The translations under genes were made by a program, and so were the position numbers. A model generated the notes under the pieces. That model was not told the origin of the DNA. It worked only from the letters and a program-made list of their open reading frames with translations, and did no database searches. This document shows, one piece after another, positions 53,780 to 64,000 of a stretch of DNA of 64,000 nucleotides (position 1 is its first letter; each line of letters opens with the position of its first letter). This DNA comes from Octopus sinensis (lineage: Eukaryota), in contig NC_042997.1 of assembly GCF_006345805.1 (NCBI RefSeq), forward strand, positions 62,434,001 to 62,498,000. The letters run 5' to 3'.

Positions 53780-53814
53780 GTTTCCGACGAAGAGCTCCGC
53801 TCGAAACGTTAAAC
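53780..53814 (+). ncRNA. Minimal Penelope-type hammerhead motif (core variant CCGACGA)
   Basis: GTTT-CCGACGA-A-GAGC-TCC-GCTC-GAAAC-GTT-AAAC; palindromic ACGT stem III; U4>C core substitution. Confidence 0.55.
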
Positions 53815-53948
53815 CCTCCTTCCCTTCTTTCCTGAGCGTCAATAATACTTTAATTGTTCCACGTCCTGCGTTGCTGTGTTTTTTTCTCCTTTTTTTTTCT
53901 CTTTTTTCTGTGTTTTCTTGTTTGGATTAACTTTATATATATATATAT

Positions 53949-54488
53949 ATTATATAAAAGGGCTTAGTAAAATAAATTACTTTGCCGCATACTGAACTCA
54001 TTAGAAATAGTAGCTAAAAAAACTTTTTTAAAACTATTTCTAATACTTAAAGAAAACCTCTCTCATATAGTGTTTGCTCAATTCAACTCACGAAAGTATG
54101 GGGGTAAAGACATTAAAAAATCAAATGCATATTTGCATATTTGAGTTTGCTGGCACTGTTAGTTTCGAGCAGATCTTCAGAAGCGATAAGAAGCCGAAAG
54201 GGTATGCTCCCACTTTCAGTGTTTTCAAATCCAAACCAAGGAGTTCTGAGCTGATGATAGAAATGTCGAGTTGACTAATCTTGAAACGTACGTTCTCAAA
54301 TAACCTTTGCATTTGATTTTTTAATGTCTTTACCCCCATACTTTCGTGAGTTGAATTGAGCAAACACTATATGAGAGAGGTTTTCTTTAAGTATTAGAAA
54401 TAGTTTTAAAAAAGTTTTTTTAGCTACTATTTCTAATGAGTTCAGTATGCGGCAAAGTAATTTATTTTACTAAGCCCTTTTATATAAT
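53949..54488. mobile_element. Fold-back element with ~181-bp essentially perfect inverted repeats
   Basis: 53949-54129 is the reverse complement of 54308-54488, with a 178-bp loop; the element lies between (TA)n tracts. Confidence 0.92.
54247..54298 (+). ncRNA. Type I hammerhead motif in the loop of the fold-back element
   Basis: TGAG-CTGATGA-T-AGA..GTCG-AGT-TGAC..TCT-T-GAAAC-GTAC-GTT-CTCA. Palindromic stem III ACGTACGT; stem II is imperfect. Confidence 0.6.
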
Positions 54489-54585
54489 GTAATAATTTGA
54501 ATTCGCCTTAAATGGTCCCTTTGCATACTGAATACTTGGTGAAATTGATTAATAATTAATTAATTTTACCCTCAATTGTTGAAAT

Positions 54586-54653
<68 letters not shown>

Positions 54654-55689
54654 TGTATTCTCCAAATGGATAGACAGACGAACATCTCAAGAAAATTAAA
54701 TACTTTAACATATTACCCAAATACGTAAACACACCTTTTATTCACGTCGTTGAATCTTTGAATTTCTGAATTCAGTTGTGTTGTTGCAATAAAAGGTGTG
54801 TTTACTTATTTGGGTAATATATTAGTGTTTTAAAATTTTCTTGAGATGTTCGTTTGTCTGTCCAGTTGGAGAAAAACAGTAGGACTTTTGCAATGAAAAA
54901 TGTTACATTTTCGAATACTCAGGGGGAGTCAAAAAGAAAAGAAAACGAGTTGTAGATAGTATAGTTTTAAGATTTACTAAATATGGTCTTTTGTATCAAT
55001 GCACAGCGAGAAATGGTAGTGTTCTTAGAATAAAAAGGTAGATGATGTTTACATTTTACGAATATTCAGGGATAAAGGAAAAGATAGGAATTCACAGTAG
55101 TTGTAGATATTAAAGGTTTTTTTGTTTTAAAGCTAATCGTTTGTGCATTCGAAAGCTGTAGGTATGTAAGTTTCCTCACGTTTGAGGAAGATTTAAAATA
55201 TTCACAGGAAATTGCAGATATTCCAGTCTTTGGGAATAGCAGGAGAAAGAGATGATCACCTTGTTGGATTTTAGAATTTCTGAATTTCTTTTCTTTTGGA
55301 ATTTTTCTTTTCTTTTTATATGTTTTGCTGTGGTTTACAGTTTTTGTAGTTGTGCTTCCTTGCTTAATATTTATCGTGCATTTAATTGAGTTGATACAAT
55401 AAATAGCATGATTACCTATTCTGTTTGTCAGGAAAGAATGAAAGATACGAGGTTCACACAAAATTGGAGGTATAAATGTTTCTAAACTTTTTGAGGTGTT
55501 CGTTCGAAGAAGACTGTGGTCACCACAGTATTATTATTATTATTATTATTATTATCATTATTATTATTATTATTATTTCAAGGCACTGCCTGGAATTGAG
55601 CACACAATCTTAGGGTTAGTAGCCCTCGATCTTAACCACTAAGCTATATGCCCGTAGCGTGAAACTACAGGGAAACTAATGTGTCTGGA

Positions 55690-56570
55690 ACACCGTATCG
55701 AGAAAATAATTCGAGTAGGAACTTTATTTTTGTCTTTGCTGTGGATTTATTACATCTGCATACCTCTGATCACTTTGTATAGCTATCCACAACGATTAGA
55801 TAGCATGCACCGGTCACTGGTCCAGTGTAGTCGATAGGTAGCCTGGACCATGGGTTCTTAGTATCCAGCCATGACTGGTATTTTACTGATGGTTCTTTGG
55901 TTTCTCACGCGCAACCTCTACATGCTTTCACCCATTTCTCGACCAATATACTAAGTTCTTCATTAAAAATTTCATCCTGGACATTTCCGAGTGCCTACAG
56001 TGGAATTGTTGCAATATTTGTTCCTGCAGTACACTGGGTATTACTACTCTCTGCGCGCACATTAAGACATCGTCGCATAGGGAGAAATTATTTGAATTTG
56101 TATTTTTATTATGCTTATTTTTCAATGTTTCTGTCATTCTTGTAATGTAACTATCCTCTACGGGTTTCATTTTTATATTATGTGCTGTGAGCAGCAATTC
56201 CTGGATTATATCATCCTCAATACTTCTTTATTTACTGACCACACTGACGCTATCACGGTCTCCTCTAGTGGTTCCACGCTCTTGGGAATTAGCCTCGATC
56301 AGCAGTCTGCAAGACCAATTTCCTTTGACGGAATATACTGAATCACAAAATTGTAGTTCAGTAATATTTTACCCCAGCGTTGTAGTTGGTTCGCTGTATC
56401 GGTAGATCATTCCTCTTTGATCCAAAAATTGAGATTAATGGTATCTGGTCGGTTTGTAACAAAAAAACTTCTACCATGTAGAAATTTGTAAAATGTTTTT
56501 AGCGCTAAAATAATCGATAAAGCCTCCTTCTCTATCTGACTATACTTTTTTCCGGTGCTATAAGCGAACG
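55690..56570 (-). mobile_element. Ty3/Gypsy pol remnant (RNase H - integrase)
   Basis: YSQIEKEALSIILALKTFYKFLHGR, RVVIPSVLQEQILQQFH...MSRMKFLMKNLVYW, GPWSRLPIDYTGPV. Confidence 0.85.
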
Positions 56571-56574
56571 TGAT

Positions 56575-58020
56575 GTCTTAATAGTAGTTCAGCGGAGGCA
56601 TTCTCTTTTTCACTGATCTTCAGCTTTATATTAACATCCGCTGGGCAGCTAACTTCCACAACTGTACACAGTTTCTCTTCTTTATCCCAAATCATTATAT
56701 CAGGTCTGTTGTGCTTACATTTTATTGAGGACTTCACTGGGACATTCCATCAGTACTCCTTTTTATTATGGGTGGCTATGGCTTCTACCATACAGTGGGT
56801 TCTTTGTCCTCGGGGTTATCCTTCCGACGGATTTCATTATAGAGTGTTCTAGCTACAACATCATGTCTCATCGGTAGATAAAACCGTCATGACATTTTCG
56901 TACAACTGCTTATGATGTGGGGGATATTTTCAATGTTAACTCCACAAAGTTTTCATATTATACTACTTTTTCTGCGTTACTATCCCTTTTGTGCATCAGG
57001 TATTTGGTTCATATTTTCTGTTCCTGGATTGCAAACGCATACCCTTCAAAATGGGAGGTAGTAATCCGGCTATTAGTCCATGATAGACTGCTTTCTACTA
57101 ACATATCTATGCTTAGTCTTCTGTTCGTATAATCTCATCCTTTCATCTGATGATATGTTGTGGTAGAGTCGTGCAACTTCTTTGAGCATGTATTCAAGGT
57201 TATCAGACAAGGAATGTTACTCAGGGAGCTTCCTTCAAGCCTTATAATGTTATCAGCCTCATGTATGCAAACTTAGTCAAGGGATGCACTTCGACACTGG
57301 GTGGTTAAAAGATGTTACCGAAGGGATATGATGTAACATTCAAAGGTATTTTGGATCGATGTTAAGCCTCTGCTACCTTGTTTTCGTTTTAGGTAGAGAG
57401 GGTCTACGTCACTGTTAATGTGGAAATTGTGTGCTTGTTAGTATTTTTCAGGTTGTCACATCGATGGCTCCAATCTCATCAAGTATCCAATCAAGCAGCC
57501 CAAATGTTGGTATGAATAATGGTACTGAAAACACATTGTGGGCTACTGTTTTATTGAATATAGAGTGTTCTAAGGTTCAAATCTTCTTTATTCGGCTGTA
57601 ATATTCTTTAGTGACACGTGTTTTGTTACAGGGGCCATTGTAAGATATATTTTCGTCCGCCCTTAGATACTTGTAACATACCTGGTCAGATATAGGGAAA
57701 CAGTCAAATCATTGATGGAGATGTTATTAGTCTGGTTTATGGTTTCCCCCTTTTCAAAACAATATAACAACATTTATCTTGATCAAACTCCAGTCCTACG
57801 TCATTTGAGAATGTTGTAACTTGGTCAAGTCTCTTTTTCATCTCATGCATATTCTTTGCATAAAGTTTCAAGTCTTCCACTAAGAAACAGTGTGTAATTT
57901 TGGTATTTCAGCTTCCTTGTGAACCAGTGACATATCCTTCAGACTTCTTTAACATGAATGGAGAAGGTTTGCAGAAAGTATAGACAACATCACAGAGAGG
58001 CTGTCCCCATGGAATATACC
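56575..58020 (-). mobile_element. R4/Dong-like RLE LINE remnant
   Basis: GIFHGDSLS, HCFLVEDLKLYA, YKYL, RHDVVARTL, KHNRPDIMIWDKEEKLCTVVEVSCPAD; many lesions. Confidence 0.82.
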
Positions 58021-58581
58021 TTTGCGATGTATGTATGTATGTACGTACGTACGTATGTGTGTATTTGCATTTATGTGTGTGTGTATGTGTATATGTGTGC
58101 GTGTGTATATACTATAATAATATTCTTGTGTTTTTCTCCGTCACAACATATGAATGAGAAATGAAAGGGTGACAGATGGATAAGGAAGGGGTGATGGCAA
58201 ACTAGTAGCGGGAGCATTTTGACTCTGTGTGAGTATGTGTGTGTATGTAAAAAGGAGGTATGTGAATATTTGCGTGTGTCTGCGTATGTGTGCATGTGTG
58301 TGTGCGTGCGTGCGTGTGCAATGGAAGTGAGAAGTTAAACATTCAACGCTGAAAAGTAATTCAAACAGCGTTTCAACTATGTGTGAGTATATGTGTGTGC
58401 GTGTACAAGGGAAGCACGTGAATGCTTGTATGAGTGAACTAGCATTCTTTCAGTATCAAGCAATGATCAATGATCGATGTCACTTCTCAAAAGATAACCA
58501 CTAGATAACATTGATAAGTATGTTAATTAGATTTGCCATCCATACTTATAGAAAGAAGCGTCTGTGATGTGTGGTAGCGGG

Positions 58582-58891
58582 AATGTAATAATTTTAGCAG
58601 ATGTTCTGATGGCGAGGTTAAAGAAGGCACTGCTGGTAACCAATGAATTATCAGCAGCTTTAGTGGTGGGTGGTGGGAGTTGTTTTATATAAAAGCAAAA
58701 GGGTGCTAGCTAAGTGTGACAAGTGTTCCATACTACAATGTAATAATTTTAGCAGATGTTCTGATGGCGAGGTTAAAGAAGGCACTGCTGGTAACCAATG
58801 AATTATCAGCAGCTTTAGTGGTGGGTGGTGGGAGTTGTTTTATATAAAAGCAAAAAGGTGCTAGCTAAGTGTGACAAGTGTTCCATACTAC
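58582..58891 (+). promoter_or_regulatory. Tandemly duplicated (2 x 155 bp) core promoter with CCAAT and TATA boxes
   Basis: 58582-58736 and 58737-58891 differ by ~1 base. Each has CCAAT and TATATAAAA (58686, 58841); the second TATA is ~110 bp before the ATG at 58954. Confidence 0.75.
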
Positions 58892-58953
58892 AGACAGGAA
58901 AATAGCAATTCTCCTCGAGGTTACATATCCATTCTCGTTACAATTAGTTCGCG

Positions 58954-59082
58954 ATGTGTGATATCAATTGGAGTGAAGTTTTTGAAGAAATCGACACGAA
59001 TGGCAATGGAGTAGTAGAAGTGGAAGAGTTGTTCGATCATTTGTCAAATGTATTTCCATCTATTTCCAGATATACTGTAGAG
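58954..59082 (+). CDS. Exon 1 of EF-hand calmodulin-like Ca-binding protein, copy B
   Basis: MCDINWSEVFEEIDTNGNGVVEVEELFDHLSNVFPSISRYTVE; canonical loop DTNGNGVVEVEE; donor GAG|GTTTGT, phase 0. Confidence 0.9.
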
Positions 59083-59231
59083 GTTTGTAAAAGTTTTAAT
59101 AGTTTTTCAGCTTTATATTTATATCACAAATACAAACATCGCTCATTACACAGTCACAAAACATACCTTCGAGCACCTTAAAACGCAAGTATTGAATGTG
59201 TATGTATGCACAGGTGCGTATACACACACAT

Positions 59232-59291
<60 letters not shown>

Positions 59292-59869
59292 CCTCTCTAA
59301 AAATTTACCCAAACATATATATTACATATGCGTGTGTTTTTGTGTGTATATATACACACACGCACACACACACTGACTAATACAAAAGGAGTGGTACTGA
59401 ACCAGTGCGAGTGTTAATAATAATGACATAATGCCTCTCTCTAGACACACAAAAACTTGTTTCAACACACAAATTCACATAAAAAAACCTTGCAAACCAG
59501 ATACAAAATGTAAAGCCCACTCTTTTGCGTCTTGGGCTTATCTGCCTCGACACTAGATAATTCCGCACTGCTCTTCAAGTCATCGCAGAGAATGAACATG
59601 CTAGTTTGTTTATATATATGCGAAATTTTTTATATATATTTATAAAATAATGTTTCTTAAGCTTAAAGCTTATAAGCGATCACCGTATATTCACTAAAGA
59701 AAATAATCTAGTATTGAGGCATATAAGCCCTCAACGCAAAAGAGTAGGCTTTACATTTTTGCATCTGGTTTACAAGATCTTTTATGTGAATTTGTGAGTT
59801 GAAGCAATTTTGTTTGTGTGTCTACGGAGAGGCATTATGTCAATTAGACTACTTCATGCGCAACTCCAT

Positions 59870-60520
59870 TGTCTCCCGAGACAGAAAGGATGCCAATACC
59901 AATGCCAATACCAAACTATGGTACATGCCCTCATCTTTTGGAGGGTTCAGAATTCCACTTTAAACAGGGTGAAATATTTAAGATCAAATCAAATTTCACC
60001 TGTGCCTCGGGAAAATCTAATCTATGCCACAAAGAACAAATCCGCCACCCACAATACAGACAGATACAGGTTAGTGAACACATAAAAAGATGTGCTAGGA
60101 AGCTTAATCCTAATTTCCTAATTTTCCCCTTCTATCAATTTTCACAGAACACCTCAGTACAACAAATAATGAATAAATAGGCAACTTTCATCAATAAATA
60201 TCTTCCACAACTCAATATGAACACATAACATAATACAAAACACTACTAACCTCTCAATTAATACCACTAACCCCCATACATCCAATACACCATTCAAATT
60301 ACATATCTATATCTACCCTAATTGCACCAAATCCAGAGCTACTTACCTCCCTTACACATAATCATTTTACGCAGGGACTAGTAGACCTGATACCGTTCAT
60401 TAATCGGTGTGCATTGAAAGCAAGGATTAGTAAATTCACGAAACCGGTTTGCTTATGAATCTCTTTAACAATTCACAATAATAATTTTTTTTACTTTTAT
60501 TCCGACCTCAGTTCATCTAA
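59870..60520 (+). mobile_element. Penelope-like 3' fragment in intron 1
   Basis: GTCPHLLEGSEFHFKQGEIFKIKSNFTCAS...HKEQIRHPQYRQIQVSEHI...FLIFPF. Confidence 0.85.
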
Positions 60521-60661
60521 TTGTATATATCTAGCGCTACTTTTCATAAAAAGCGTTTACTTTTTTGATTTTCAATGTGCATTTTCGCTTATTTTTCTTC
60601 TGACTTTTCCCTTACATTTCCACATGTAGTTTCTATTTTCTTTTTGTAACATATTTCTATT

Positions 60662-60745
<84 letters not shown>

Positions 60746-60862
60746 CCTGCTCGCGTAGCCAGCGGGGTGGCGTCATTTGAAGGCTAAAACAATGTGAAGC
60801 GCATTTTGACCAGCGATGTGTAGCAACATCTGATAGCCTGGTCGATCACGGTGATCACGGTG

Positions 60863-60907
<45 letters not shown>

Positions 60908-61628
60908 ATATATATACAGATAAATACACACATGCAAACACATACACATGAACACAAACACAAACACACATGAACACACAGGCGCATGGATATGCTAAAT
61001 ACATACAAACCTACAAACGTGCGCACATGCATATATATATATATATATATGCATACACACATACATGCATACACACACTTACATAATACATACACACATA
61101 CATACACACATACATACATACATACATACATACATACATACATACATACATACATGTATGCGCATGCCCAGTGACGCACACGCATGCACACAAACAAACA
61201 AACAAAAATAACGTAATGCCGATAACGAACACAGTCAACGACTACTGAAAAGGTAGCAAGACGCATCGAAAATTTTAGCAAAAGTAAATGAGTGAAAATG
61301 GAACCGGTGAGTGTGTTAAATTGACAAGTACTAAAAGAGAATGACTCCCTCCAGAGAATAATATATATATGTGTGTGTCAGTCTGTAATATATGCATGTG
61401 TGTGTCTGTGACTGTGTGTATGTGTGCAGGGTTGTGTGTATGTGTGTCTGTCTGTGTGAATTTGTTAGTGTGTGTATCTTGCGAGTATAATCTAGCTAGA
61501 TAGGTTAAGTATTTCTCAGGGTCATTACTATTTTTCTAGTAAAGTTAAGATTTTTCATTAAACACAAATTCAAAAATCGAGAACAACTAACCAAATTTAA
61601 TTTAAGCAAAGAAGCAAACCTGCGTGTT

Positions 61629-61699
<71 letters not shown>

Positions 61700-61724
61700 T
61701 ACTATTATTATTATTATTATTATA

Positions 61725-61764
<40 letters not shown>

Positions 61765-62357
61765 CGTCATTATTATTGAGTGAGAGAGCAGTGCATGCCA
61801 TCAAAGTGACACTGGGGTAAAATATACGAAGCCCAGTATACACATTATAACTACCCGTCTGTTAAGGATACGCCAGGCACATGCATCACAACCATATGTG
61901 CGCGACATAGTGATCTCATATCAAGATAAACAGCGCATGACCTTGCAGGTTGGGCCCAGTTAGAATTTTTTTCAGGTCGAGTAGACCATCCCACTCAAAA
62001 GTTCCCGGAATAAGGATTGTTTAAGAATGTTGAACGAACCACCAATGTTTCCAAAGGTGAATTATCCAAACCTCTAAGAATTCCTTTCAACACACGGCTA
62101 TGATGCTCCCCCACTATTTCTGCTGGTGATCAGAGATGCACATATCGTCAGCCATTAAGGTACATGCTCAACTGGTTAAGGTCAAACAACTGACAAGCAG
62201 ATTTGTCGTATTGAGCAGAATATTTGCTGTAGGCCGTCTTTTGTACCAAGACAAAACAATGTACATGATAACACTGCCAATCAGTTAAGATCAGAAGCCA
62301 TGAGATCCACTGTCTAGTACTGCATCAGGGCATAGTTCATTATTATAATTATTATTA

Positions 62358-62474
<117 letters not shown>

Positions 62475-62513
62475 TATACTGTTATCAATACCTCTGCTAT
62501 TTTATTTCGACAG

Positions 62514-62599
62514 AGCGATTTGGAAGAATATGATACAAACAAAGATGGCGAAGTTACCAAGGCTGAGTTCGTTCGAGCGATGTATAAGCGATATCTTCA
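62514..62599 (+). CDS. Exon 2 of EF-hand protein copy B (exon 3 expected beyond the window end)
   Basis: TTTCGACAG|AGC...CTTCA|GTAAG; SDLEEYDTNKDGEVTKAEFVRAMYKRYL; canonical loop DTNKDGEVTKAE; in phase with exon 1. Confidence 0.92.
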
Positions 62600-64000
62600 G
62601 TAAGTCCACACATTTCGTATCTTTTCATCGTATCTCTCATTTTGGATCTTTTCTTTTTCATGGGCAGCTCGATTAATTAATTTTCTTTAACTAAACACTT
62701 TGAAACTTCGTATACTGGTAGAATGTGTCATATAGAATATCTTTTACTCTTAGCGTTGTTGAGAAAAGTTTCTATTTTCGAAGTTTTTTAAGCTAAAACC
62801 AGTACAGACGCATAGATGATGTCATAAATAACAGCGACAAACGAAATATACACCGCCGGAAGTTGTTGTTGACAAACAAAACAGCAGTAATTTTATTCAG
62901 CCGAATACACCTCATTGATTCGTTGAAATTACCAAAATACGACAAATTTAACACGAAATAACTTCGAAAATAAAAACTTTTCTCAACAATGCTAAGAATA
63001 AAAGATGTTCTATATGACACATTCTACCAGTATACGAAGTTTCAAAGTGTTTAGTTAAAGAAAATTAAACAATCGAGCTGCCCATGTAGAGGAAAAGATC
63101 CTTCATTTTATTTCATAACTCCTACCATAATGATACAGTTAAACATTTGTAATGAATTGGTGTAGTTGATTACATCGTAAACATATATAACAGAAACCTC
63201 ATGTTATCCAGCCTCACGAACGAAAGTAAATATATTAAAGGCTAGGTAACTTAGTTCGATGTTTGCTCGGTCATTTTCAATAATTATTTCTACTCTAGGC
63301 ACAAGGCCTCAAAAATTTTTGGAGAAGGGGTGAGTTGATTACATCAGCACAAATGTGTAACTGGAACTTATTTCATCGACCTCGAAAGGATGAAAGGCAA
63401 AGTCGACCTTTGCGGAATTTGAACTCAGAACGTAGCAGCAGACAAAATACCTATTTCTTTACTGCCCACAAGGGGCTAAACACAGACGGGACAAACAAGG
63501 ACAGACAAAGGGATTTAGTCAATTATATCGACCCCAGTGCGTAACTGGTACTTAATTTATCGACCCCGAAAGGATGAAAGGCAAAGTCGACCTTTGCGGA
63601 ATTTGAACTCAGAACGTAACGGCAGACAAAATACCAATAAGCCTTTCGCCCGGCTTGCTAATGATTCTGTCAGCTCACCGCCCTCGGTCAATTTCAATAA
63701 TGTCGATGATGATAATGTTGATGATGGCTTTTAATTCAGACACAGGACCGACGATTTTGTGGAATCGGCCGAGTGGATATCATCAATCTCATTACTGGAC
63801 CGATACTTTATATTATGGAATTCAGAGCGATAGAAAACAAAGCTGACCTCGGTAAATAATAATAGCTGATTTCAAATTATGGCACATGGATAGCATGTTC
63901 GGGATATTGGATAAATCGATCACATGGGTCCCAGTGTTCAACTGATATTTACTTTATCGGCTCGAAATGATGAAAGGCAATGTCGACCTGGGCGGAATTT

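Noticed and set aside
60410-60455. Hammerhead-like GCA-TTGAAAG...GAAACCGGTT-TGC in the Penelope 3' region (mirror ~23935-23980)
   Set aside because: The first core strand does not match CUGANGA and stem II is absent; at most a dead remnant.

Overview
Repeat-rich, AT-rich animal genomic DNA. The tRNA-derived SINEs, (TA)n/(CA)n/(TAA)n microsatellites and LINE content look like an octopus (cephalopod) genome; this is inferred, not proven. The only host gene found is an intron-containing four-EF-hand, calmodulin-like Ca2+-binding protein gene, present twice head-to-head. The + copy has exons 1-2 at 58954-62599, with exon 3 presumably beyond the window. The - copy has exons 2-3 at 22463-19052 and no exon 1. 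Both lie in or at the edge of a ~42-kb imperfect inverted duplication (arms ~21300-35588 and 40137-~63680, 4.5-kb spacer). The rest is transposable-element debris: Tx1/L1-like, CR1-like, R4/Dong-like, Penelope, Gypsy, Tc1/mariner, MITEs and SINEs. Three things stand out. (1) Two divergent ORF1-only retroelements are inserted at the same position of the same SINE head and share a 3' motif-hairpin-AATAAA tail; a Tx1-like LINE and a second SINE family carry a related tail, suggesting a SINE-targeting parasite network. (2) There are several type I hammerhead ribozymes, including a 2 x ~350-bp tandem unit in the palindrome spacer that could release a 346-nt retrozyme-like RNA. (3) The core promoter of the EF-hand gene is duplicated. 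Most ORFs in the supplied track are microsatellite or antisense artefacts. All alignments and RNA folds were done by eye.
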